From an uncultured Oscillospiraceae bacterium (lineage in GTDB: Bacteria > Bacillota > Clostridia > Oscillospirales > Oscillospiraceae), in assembly GCA_934631005.1 (NCBI GenBank), contig CAKTXA010000013.1, positions 28,963 to 60,962 on the forward strand: a stretch of 32,000 nucleotides of DNA, written 5' to 3'. A program made the position numbers and the translations under genes. Below the pieces are notes generated by a model. It searched no databases. It was given only the letters and a program-made list of their open reading frames with translations, and was not told the origin of the DNA. Of the stretch, positions 16,256 to 22,734 are shown piece after piece (within the stretch, counting starts at the first letter, position 1; every line of letters begins with the position of its first letter).

Positions 16256-16497
16256 ACAAAAACCGCCCCGAACCAACGTTCAGGGCGGCCATGACCGCGG
16301 TACCACCTGAATTCCCGTAAAAAACGGGCACTCCGTCCTCCTGTAACGGGAAGGCCCCGTCGCGCCTAGTTGGCAAAGCCGTTCAGCGCGCTGCTCCAAG
16401 GGGATATTCCGGCCGCCCCACGACCGCCTCACACCACCCCGGCGGCTCTCTGCACGCGGAAAAAGACCGTACTCGTCCTTGTCATCGCATAATTTCG
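16256..16497 (-). promoter_or_regulatory. T-box leader riboswitch controlling ileS
   Basis: On the minus strand: GCGATGA...AGTA (stem I base), AGAGAG...GGTGGTG, the T-box sequence AATTCAGGTGGTACCGCGG (about 16296-16314), then terminator CCGCCCTGAA/TTCGGGGCGG + TTTTTG (16256-16288). An AUC triplet lies in the candidate specifier region (about 16403-16405), but that assignment is uncertain. Confidence 0.85.
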
Positions 16498-16502
16498 AGG
16501 AT

Positions 16503-16531
16503 AGTGTACCCAAAAAAACCGCGTTTGTCAA
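16503..16531 (-). promoter_or_regulatory. Sigma-A-type promoter for the ileS T-box leader
   Basis: On the minus strand: TTGACA (16526-16531), a 17-nt spacer, TACACT (16503-16508). Confidence 0.45.
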
Positions 16532-16570
16532 CATTCTCTCGTCATTTTCCCCGACCCACCAACCTCGCAA

Positions 16571-17030
16571 TCCCCCTGTAGGGGCCGATGACCATATCGG
16601 CCCGCACACCGCACCGCCGGTCACGCCGTAGGGGCGGGGTCCTACCCCGCCCGCACCCGACCGACCACCGCCGCACCCTCGATCCTTCGTCGTAACGTAG
16701 GGGAGGGGCTTGCCCCTCCCGCCGGTAGGCAGCTGTGGCTTTTGCACGCACCGGCGGGTGGTACGCAGCCCATACCTTCCCCTGGGGGAAGGTGCCCCCG
16801 AAGGGGGCGGATGAGGGCCGGGGAGCACTGAAACATAGCTTTGCATGCTCAGCAAAACGCAACTGCTCCCCGATCCTCATCAGTCGCCTGCGGCGACAGC
16901 TTCCCCCAGGGGAAGCTATGGGGTGCCTACGTTTCGCCGCTGCGTCGGGGATTCGTCAGCGCGTGCTAACTTATTCACTATTCACTCTTCACTATTCCTT
17001 CAAATCGCCCCTCCCCTACATTACGACGAA
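16571..17030. repeat. Hairpin-repeat cluster R3 (three GTAG-headed hairpin types plus a composite element)
   Basis: GTAGGGGCCGATGACCATATCGGCCC (16578-), GTAGGGGCGGGGTCCTACCCCGCCC (16628-), GTAGGGGAGGGGCTTGCCCCTCCC (16697-). Also the central hairpin GATGAGGGCCGGGGAGCA...TGCTCCCCGATCCTCATC and the right end GCCCCTCCCCTACATTACGACGAA (to 17030). Confidence 0.9.
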
Positions 17031-17066
17031 AAACGCAAAAACGCGGAAGGCCCCGGCCTTCCGCGT
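17031..17066 (-). terminator. carD-family gene terminator
   Basis: Stem ACGCGGAAGGCC (17041-17052) / GGCCTTCCGCGT (17055-17066), followed on the minus strand by TTTTTGCGTTTTT. Confidence 0.75.
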
Positions 17067-17079
17067 TCCCGCTCCATCT

Positions 17080-17583
17080 TCACTGCGCCGCGATCTGTTC
17101 CTCCAGCATCCCGCGCACCTGCGCGGGCGAGATGCCCAGCACGAAGCCGAACTCCCCGTAGAGCATTTCCTCCGCCGCCTTCCAGCTGCGCAGATCCGTC
17201 GCGCTGACCGACCGGCGCGTGCGCGTCAGCGACGCCTGCTTGGCATACAGCGTCTTGCACAGCCGCAGCAGCCGCTCGCACGAGTGCTCCGCCAGCAGCG
17301 CGCGGTAATACTCCCCCGCCTGCCGCCCGTTTTCCGGCACGTCGTCCAGCACGCGCAGCTCCGGCAGCCTTGGCAGCAGATCGTCCAGCGCGCTGCGCGA
17401 GATGACGGGGCGCATCACGATCTTCCCGTCCACCGGGGCGTAGATCGTCCCGGCGTGGTAATAGGGCGTCAGGCGGTAATACTCCCGCGCCGGATCGAGC
17501 CCCGGCACCGTCGGATGTCCGATCTCCTCCACCCGGCAGACGCCCTCGTGCCCGTAGATCACCCAGTCGCCAACGCGAAACAT
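17080..17583 (-). CDS. carD: CarD/CdnL-family RNA-polymerase-binding transcription regulator
   Basis: N-terminus MFRVGDWVIYGHEGVCRVEEIG is typical of the CarD_CdnL_TRCF domain. Start trimmed to the ATG at 17583, preceded by GGGAGGGG. Confidence 0.8.
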   Translation of the reverse strand: MFRVGDWVIYGHEGVCRVEEIGHPTVPGLDPAREYYRLTPYYHAGTIYAPVDGKIVMRPVISRSALDDLLPRLPELRVLDDVPENGRQAGEYYRALLAEHSCERLLRLCKTLYAKQASLTRTRRSVSATDLRSWKAAEEMLYGEFGFVLGISPAQVRGMLEEQIAAQ

Positions 17584-17611
17584 ATGCGCCCCTCCCTTTT
17601 CCTTTTTCAAT

Positions 17612-17620
17612 ATTATAACA
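17612..17620 (-). promoter_or_regulatory. Extended -10 element (TGTTATAAT) upstream of carD
   Basis: On the minus strand, TGT-TATAAT lies about 28 nt upstream of the carD start. No good -35 hexamer at 17-nt spacing. Confidence 0.35.
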
Positions 17621-17688
17621 CAGTTTTTCGGGAAAAGGTAAGCAAAAAATAATAAATTACAATTTTTTCGGCGTTTTGCCGAAAAATC

Positions 17689-19053
17689 TCACCGCAAGAA
17701 GGACCGATACGCCCGCGCCTTTCCCGGCGTATACGGCTGATAGCGCAGCCGGATGTCCACCGACGGCGACTTTTTCAGGATGCTCCGCTCGTGCGTGAAT
17801 GTGTCAAAGCTCTTTTTGCCGTGATAGCTGCCCATGCCGGACGCGCCCACGCCGCCGAACGGCAGGTGCGGATTGGAAAGCTGCACCAGCGTGTCGTTCA
17901 TGCACCCGCCGCCAAACGAGCACGTCGCCAGCACCCGCTGGCGGATGGCGCAGTCGCGCGTAAACAGATACAGCGCCAGCGGCTTTTCGTGCGCCGTGAT
18001 GTACGAAATGCACTCCCGGATGTGCGTGTACGGGATGACCGGGAGGATCGGCCCGAAGATCTCCTCCTGCATCACCGGGCTCTCCAGACCTGCCGGGCAG
18101 ATGACCGTCGGCTCGATGCGCCGCGTTTTTTCGTCGCACCCGCCGCCGATGACGATGTTCTGCCCCTCCAGAAGCCCGCGCAGGCGGGCAAAATGCCGCG
18201 CATTTACAATGACCGGCAGCTGCGACAGGTCGCCGCCCGGGAAAAACTCCGCCAGCGCGCGGCGATATTCCGTCAAAAACCGCTCCAGAACCGGCTCCCG
18301 CACGAACGCGTAGTCTGGCGCCACGCACGTCTGCCCCGCGTTCGTCACCTTGCCGAACGCGATGCGCCGCGCCGCCGTGCGAATGTCCGCCGTGTCGTCC
18401 ACGATCACGGGGCTCTTGCCGCCCAGCTCCAGCGACACCGGCGTCAGATGCTCCGCCGCCGCCTGCATCACCTGCTTGCCCACCGCGGACGAGCCGGTGA
18501 AGAAAATATAGTCGAACCGCTCGTGCAGCAGCGCCTGATTTTCCGCGCGCCCGCCCTCGATCACCGCCGCGTGCTCCGCCGGGAACGCTGCCTCGATCAC
18601 CGCGCGGATGGCGCGGCTGGCGTTGGGCGCGTAGGCCGACGGCTTCACGATCGCGCAGTTCCCCGCCGCGATGGCCCCCGCCAGCGGCGCCAGGCACAGC
18701 TGGATGGGATAGTTCCACGGCGCCATGATCAGCACCACGCCATACGGCTCCGGCGCAATGTAGCTCTTCGCCGGAAAATGCATCAGCGGCGTCGGCACGC
18801 GCCGCACGCGCGACCACCGGCGCACATGGCGCAGCTGGTCGCGGATCTCCGTCAGCACCAGCCCGATCTCGGTCATGTACGTCTCGGCGGCAGGCTTGCC
18901 AAAGTCGGCCAGCATCGCCGCCTCCAGCTGCGGCGTCTGCGCCCGCACCGCGTCATAAAGCCGCCGCAGCGCCGCCATGCGATACGGCACCGACCGCGTC
19001 TTGCCGCTGAGATAACACGCACGCTGCTTCTCCAAAAGCTCGGAAATTTCCAT
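17689..19053 (-). CDS. NAD(P)-dependent aldehyde dehydrogenase (class-3-like ALDH family)
   Basis: 454 aa. ALDH motifs ELGGKSP and catalytic-Cys region NAGQTCVAPDY, and a C-terminal region typical of ALDH3-type enzymes. Confidence 0.85.
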   Translation of the reverse strand: MEISELLEKQRACYLSGKTRSVPYRMAALRRLYDAVRAQTPQLEAAMLADFGKPAAETYMTEIGLVLTEIRDQLRHVRRWSRVRRVPTPLMHFPAKSYIAPEPYGVVLIMAPWNYPIQLCLAPLAGAIAAGNCAIVKPSAYAPNASRAIRAVIEAAFPAEHAAVIEGGRAENQALLHERFDYIFFTGSSAVGKQVMQAAAEHLTPVSLELGGKSPVIVDDTADIRTAARRIAFGKVTNAGQTCVAPDYAFVREPVLERFLTEYRRALAEFFPGGDLSQLPVIVNARHFARLRGLLEGQNIVIGGGCDEKTRRIEPTVICPAGLESPVMQEEIFGPILPVIPYTHIRECISYITAHEKPLALYLFTRDCAIRQRVLATCSFGGGCMNDTLVQLSNPHLPFGGVGASGMGSYHGKKSFDTFTHERSILKKSPSVDIRLRYQPYTPGKARAYRSFLR

Positions 19054-19063
19054 CCTGTCTCTC

Positions 19064-19097
19064 CCCTCCCATGAAAAATCGCCGCAGCCGGATGCCC
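19064..19097 (-). terminator. murI terminator
   Basis: Stem GCCGCAGCCGG (19072-19082) / CCGGATGCGGC (19087-19097) with 1 mismatch, followed on the minus strand by a T-run (19065-19069). Confidence 0.6.
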
Positions 19098-19114
19098 GGA
19101 TGCGGCAAAGCCCG

Positions 19115-19897
19115 TTATTCCTCCGGCGCGTTCAAAAGCGTCCGGCAAAGCTCCAGAATTTCCGGCTGGTCGAGCGAGTTGGCAAACTCCACCCGTCCCG
19201 GCTGGGCTTGCTGCGTGAGCAGGTTTTCACCGGCAAGACGGCTTTTCAGCTGCTGCGCCACGCCGTCCGCGCCGTCCAGAATTTCGACGTGCCGTCCCGC
19301 GATGCGCCGGATGGCCCCCGCGAGGAACGGATAATGCGTGCAGCCCAGCACGATCGCGTCCACCGGCACGTTGCGGTACGGCTCCAGCTTGTCGAGCAGA
19401 TACCCCTCCACCGCGCCGCCGGATGTCACGCCCTGCTCCACGAATTCCATCAGCCCCGGGCACGGCACCGGGATGATCTCCGCCCGCGGCTGGAGCTGCG
19501 CCTGCAGCGCCAGGAATTTTTCCTCCTTCAGCGTCATCGGCGTCGCCATCACCAGAATGCGCCCGCCCGCGTGCCGCTCCACCGCCGGCTTGATGGCCGG
19601 CTCCGTGCCGATCACGATGAGGTCGGGATACCGCTCGCGCAGTGCCGAAATGGCGGCGGACGTGGCCGTATTGCACGCCACGACCAGCGCCTTGATGCCC
19701 CGCTCGATCAGCGGCGCCACCGCGCCGAACGTCAGCGTGCGCACCTCATCCAAACTCCGCACGCCGTAGGGTGCGTGGAGCGAGTCACCGAAATAGAGGT
19801 AGTCCTCGCACGGCAGCAGCCGCACGCTGCGGCGCAGAATGCTGATGCCGCCCACGCCGGAGTCAAAAAACGCGATCGGCCAGTCCCAGCGCGCCAT
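19115..19897 (-). CDS. murI: Glutamate racemase
   Basis: Motifs FFDSGVGGISIL, VVACNTAT and LGCTHYPF. Start trimmed to the ATG at 19897 (MARWDWPIAFFDSG), preceded by GGGGAGGGG. Confidence 0.9.
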   Translation of the reverse strand: MARWDWPIAFFDSGVGGISILRRSVRLLPCEDYLYFGDSLHAPYGVRSLDEVRTLTFGAVAPLIERGIKALVVACNTATSAAISALRERYPDLIVIGTEPAIKPAVERHAGGRILVMATPMTLKEEKFLALQAQLQPRAEIIPVPCPGLMEFVEQGVTSGGAVEGYLLDKLEPYRNVPVDAIVLGCTHYPFLAGAIRRIAGRHVEILDGADGVAQQLKSRLAGENLLTQQAQPGRVEFANSLDQPEILELCRTLLNAPEE

Positions 19898-19964
19898 ACG
19901 AGCCCCTCCCCTCGGATTTTCTCCCATTATACCACGCCCACCCCCGCACGTAAAGCCGATTTTC

Positions 19965-20440
19965 GCCGCCCCCTACCGACCGCCGCCGCACCCCCGCCCC
20001 TTCGTCGTAACGTAGGGGAGGGGCGGTTTGAAGTAAAAGTGAATAGTGAAAAGTGAAGAGGTGAATTCTTAGTCGTAATGTAGGGGAGGGGCTTGCCCCT
20101 CCCGCCGGTACGCGCCATCGTTCTTTTGCGGCAGTGCCGCTTTGCTGAGGGCCCCATAGCTTCCCCTGGGGGAAGCTGTCGCCGCAGGCGACTGATGAGG
20201 GTCGGGGAGCAGTTGCGTTTTGGCACAACTGCTAAGCTATCCGTCAATGCTCCCCGGCCCTCATCCGCCCCCTTCGGGGGCACCTGTCCCTACCCTCTTT
20301 GTCCCTTCGGGACATTTCCCCCTGATAGGGGGAATCGGCCCCGAGGGGAAGGCAAGGGGTGCATTCCGCTCGCTGATGCGTGCAAAAGCCACAGTTGCCA
20401 ACCAGCGGGAGGGGCAAGCCCCTCCCCTACATTACGACTA
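19965..20440. repeat. Hairpin-repeat cluster R4: half-element with AGTGAAN heptad run plus a full TIR-bounded composite (20069-20440)
   Basis: Left TIR TTAGTCGTAATGTAGGGGAGGGGCTTGCCCCTCCCGC (20069-), right TIR GCGGGAGGGGCAAGCCCCTCCCCTACATTACGACTAA (to 20440). The interior aligns module by module with the reverse complement of R5. Confidence 0.9.
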
Positions 20441-20465
20441 AATAATCACTTTTCCACTCTTCACC

Positions 20466-20506
20466 CAAAAAACGCAGCACGCCCGGGGCTTCTCTCCCCG
20501 GGCGTG
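20466..20506 (-). terminator. Terminator of the Spo0A_C-domain gene
   Basis: Stem CACGCCCGGGG (20478-20488) / CCCCGGGCGTG (20496-20506), followed on the minus strand by CTGCGTTTTTTGGG. Confidence 0.8.
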
Positions 20507-20517
20507 CGTGCCGGCCA

Positions 20518-20883
20518 TTATTCTTTATTTTCCGGCCGGAGATGCACTGCCAAAATCGCCAGAAAGCGCTCCGGCGCCTGCGGCTGCGGGACGGCCCGTC
20601 CGGTCAGCGTGCGCAGCAGCGCGGGATTTTCATGCCACGCCGCTGCGGATGCCAGCCGGATGCTGCCCTCCACGCTCTTGGCCGGGATGTCGTACTGCGC
20701 CGCCACCTGCGGATAAAGCCACCGCGATGGGATGCGCAGCCGCTCCGGCTGCTTTGCCGCCAGATACAGTGCATATGCCGTGTGAAAAAAGTGTGTGCTG
20801 CCCGCCCGCAGTCCCAGGCGGTACAGCAGATCATACGCCTCCGAAAGGTCACCAATGTCACTCAGGTCGCCAGCGTCGTTCAT
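20518..20883 (-). CDS. Stand-alone Spo0A C-terminal (DNA-binding) domain protein, no receiver domain
   Basis: The 121-aa protein aligns by eye with the B. subtilis Spo0A effector domain: LYPQVAAQYDIPAKSVEGSIRLASAAAW versus [28 protein letters not shown], and ERFLAILAVHLR versus SEFIAMVADKLR. Confidence 0.8.
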   Translation of the reverse strand: MNDAGDLSDIGDLSEAYDLLYRLGLRAGSTHFFHTAYALYLAAKQPERLRIPSRWLYPQVAAQYDIPAKSVEGSIRLASAAAWHENPALLRTLTGRAVPQPQAPERFLAILAVHLRPENKE

Positions 20884-20948
20884 GGTCGGATCGTGGACAT
20901 CGGTTTGAAATTTTCGTCTTGATCTGCTGCAGGATTACAGTCCTCCAC
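20880..20948 (-). CDS. Candidate 22-codon leader ORF translationally coupled to the Spo0A_C-domain gene
   Basis: GGAGGGGG, 5 nt, then GTG at 20948, encoding VEDCNPAADQDENFKPMSTIRP. Its TGA overlaps the downstream ATG (ATGA, 20880-20883). The downstream ATG has no Shine-Dalgarno sequence of its own. Confidence 0.3.
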   Translation of the reverse strand: MEDCNPAADQDENFKPMSTIRP

Positions 20949-20996
20949 GATTTCCCCCTCCTTTTCCCACATCCTAGAATACGGCAAATTTTACCG

Positions 20997-21470
20997 TTCG
21001 GCATGTCGTCGTTTCGGCCACGCCCGCCGAAGCTTCGGCAGAGTGCCGAAATCGCGTCACCGCGCCGAAAAGCCGCTCCCGCTGCCGACGCCCCTGCACT
21101 TCTCTGCCCGCCCTGTGCCGAAACTTCGTCACCGTTTCTGCCTGTAATGTTCCGCTGACCGTCTATTCTGCCGGTTTTCCGTCACTGTTTCCGCTCATCC
21201 GCTGCCAATGATTCGGCAGCGGCCGAATAATCGCCCAAGGTGCCGAAGTTTCGTCACCGTTCCCCCTCGCAATGTTCCGATAAACCGTCCATACTTCCGC
21301 ATCTCCGTCACTTTCTCCGTCCATTCTCTGCCGATATTTCGTCACAGCGCCGAAATTTCGCCGCCGTGTCGTAACTCTGTACATTCTGTCAGAGTTTCGG
21401 CACCTGCCAAGATCCCGCCGTAGTGCCGAAAAGCTGGCCATTGTGCCGGGAAGCTGACGCAAGTGCCGAA
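20997..21470. promoter_or_regulatory. Array of 0A-box-like heptamers (TGNCGAA), candidate binding-site cluster
   Basis: 12 perfect TGNCGAA matches. Forward: 21044, 21116, 21241, 21424, 21464. Reverse (TTCGNCA): 20997, 21034, 21125, 21212, 21250, 21338, 21396. Several one-mismatch copies also occur. Confidence 0.6.
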
Positions 21471-21485
21471 ACTCCGCCAAAAATC

Positions 21486-21516
21486 AGAAAAACCGGGAGG
21501 GTTTCTCCCCTCCCGG
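21486..21516 (-). terminator. tadA terminator
   Basis: Stem CCGGGAGGG (21493-21501) / CCCTCCCGG (21508-21516), followed on the minus strand by TTTTTCTGATTTTT. Confidence 0.75.
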
Positions 21517-21529
21517 TGCCGGTATTCTG

Positions 21530-22003
21530 TCATTCCTCCGCCGTCTCGCCCCTGCGCTTTTCGCGCAGGTGCCGAAAAAATGTACGCAGCGCCGCCGCGC
21601 AGTCCTCCTCCAGCACGCCCTGCACGACCTCCGGCTTCTGGCTGCACGGCAGCAGAAACAGGTCGATGGCCGACCCGCAGCAGCCGTTCACCGGCTCCTT
21701 CGCGCCGTACACCACGCGCGGGATGCGCGCGTTGATGATCGCCCCGGCGCACATCGGGCACGGCTCCAGCGTCACATACAGCGTGCACTGCCACAGCCGC
21801 CAGCCGCCAAGTGTTCGGCACGCCTCGGCGATCGCCTCGATCTCGGCGTGCGCCAGCGCGCTCTTCGCGCCCTCGCGGCGGTTGCGCCCGCGGCCCACGA
21901 TCTCATCGCCGCGCACCACCACGCACCCGACCGGCACCTCGCCCTCACCCGCCGCCGCCTGCGCCAGCGCCAGCGCCTCGCGCATGAACCGTTCGTCCTC
22001 CAT
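21530..22003 (-). CDS. tadA: tRNA-specific adenosine deaminase
   Basis: CDA-fold zinc motifs HAEIEAI and PCPMCAGA, a size of 157 aa and an N-terminus (FMREALALA) typical of TadA. Confidence 0.9.
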   Translation of the reverse strand: MEDERFMREALALAQAAAGEGEVPVGCVVVRGDEIVGRGRNRREGAKSALAHAEIEAIAEACRTLGGWRLWQCTLYVTLEPCPMCAGAIINARIPRVVYGAKEPVNGCCGSAIDLFLLPCSQKPEVVQGVLEEDCAAALRTFFRHLREKRRGETAEE

Positions 22004-22042
22004 CTGTGTCCCTCCGCCGTGTTTTCGACAGTTTCTATCATT

Positions 22043-22071
22043 ATTATAGTATGCCGCCCGCCCCGCGTCAA
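22043..22071 (-). promoter_or_regulatory. Sigma-A-type promoter for tadA
   Basis: On the minus strand: TTGACG (22066-22071), a 17-nt spacer, TATAAT (22043-22048). It overlaps the XRE gene stop. Confidence 0.5.
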
Positions 22072-22418
22072 CCGAGCAGCGCCGCCAGCAGCATCGCCAG
22101 TTCCCGCGCGTCCAGCGGCCGCGCCGCGCCGTCGGCGCTCACAAGCGTCAGCCTCCCGTCCAGCTTCTGCAGCGCCTGCTGCGCCACGCCGCACAGCGCC
22201 GCAAAATCCCGCGGCTGCGCCTGCCCCGTCAGCAGAAAATCCGTCGTCGCTCCCAGCGCCGCCGCCAGCTTCACCAGCGTCTCGCCGTCCGGCTCCCGCC
22301 GCCCCTGCTCATACATCCCGATCGCGCTCGGGCTCACGCCCACCTGCGCCGCCAGCGCCTGCTGGCTGAGCTTTTTCTGCCGCCGCAGGGCGGCCAGCCG
22401 TGCACCAAGCATCCCCAT
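22068..22418 (-). CDS. XRE-family helix-turn-helix transcriptional regulator
   Basis: N-terminal HTH_3 pattern LRRQKKLSQQALAAQVGVSPSAIGMYEQGRREPDGETLVKLAAALG. AGGAGG is upstream. The gene is divergent from the plus-strand operon. Confidence 0.85.
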   Translation of the reverse strand: MGMLGARLAALRRQKKLSQQALAAQVGVSPSAIGMYEQGRREPDGETLVKLAAALGATTDFLLTGQAQPRDFAALCGVAQQALQKLDGRLTLVSADGAARPLDARELAMLLAALLG

Positions 22419-22445
22419 TTCCTCCTAATTTTTGTAAATTTATGC

Positions 22446-22474
22446 TTGACATCACACACATCGTGTAGTATGCT
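22446..22474 (+). promoter_or_regulatory. Sigma-A-type promoter for the plus-strand regulatory operon
   Basis: TTGACA (22446-22451), a 17-nt spacer, TATGCT (22469-22474), in the AT-rich divergent intergenic region. Confidence 0.5.
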
Positions 22475-22488
22475 TTGACTGTAAATAA

Positions 22489-22734
22489 ATGGTATTCCAT
22501 ATTCCGAACGGGGGGGTCAACACGAAAAAATCACGGTCCCGGGCGCAGATGCCGGACGCGCCCGCCAGCCTGCCGTCGCGGTGGTGCAGCCTGTGCGGCG
22601 GCGAAATCTACGCGGGCGATAATTATTACGAGCTGGACGGCCATGCCGTCTGCCCTGACTGCCTGCCCGCCTTTGCGCGGGGCTATTTTCTCGGCGATCT
22701 GCGCGTGGCCATGCCGCCGCGCCTTCTGCCATGA
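22489..22734 (+). CDS. Small zinc-ribbon protein (CxxC...CxxC), hypothetical
   Basis: Motif CSLCGGEIYAGDNYYELDGHAVCPDC. The start is uncertain (22489 or 22549) and neither candidate has a strong RBS. The stop overlaps the next start (ATGA at 22731). Confidence 0.5.
   Translation: MVFHIPNGGVNTKKSRSRAQMPDAPASLPSRWCSLCGGEIYAGDNYYELDGHAVCPDCLPAFARGYFLGDLRVAMPPRLLP

Noticed and set aside
16280-16880. ORFs of 60-230 aa inside the repeat clusters (12853..13087, 16280..16880, 16735..17652, 19863..20716, 27289..28237), with recurring peptides such as GEGQAPPLRYDE and MRVGEQLRFAEHAKLCVSAPRPSS
   Set aside because: The recurring peptides are translations of the same DNA hairpin modules, read in both orientations. 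The ORFs cross terminators, a T-box leader and a promoter, and they have no RBS. They are likely sources of spurious hypothetical proteins in automated annotation.
17663-17686. Hairpin TTTTTTCGGC-GTTTT-GCCGAAAAA between the aldehyde dehydrogenase and carD genes as a rho-independent terminator
   Set aside because: The stem is only 6 bp of mixed sequence plus A/T pairs, and neither strand has a U-run after it. It is noted only as another inverted pair of TGCCGAA-like half sites.
17804-18817. 337-aa alternative-frame ORF within the aldehyde dehydrogenase gene, and 19227..19676 within murI
   Set aside because: They are on the same strand but out of frame relative to genes with clear family motifs. 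The products are Gly/Arg/Ala-rich and low-complexity.
21163-21480. 105-aa minus-strand ORF (and the 71-aa plus-strand ORF 21208..21423) in the box array
   Set aside because: There is no RBS. The internal peptide repeats mirror the 125-bp DNA duplication. The ORF runs up to the tadA terminator, about 5 nt beyond its start. It is treated as non-coding pending expression data.
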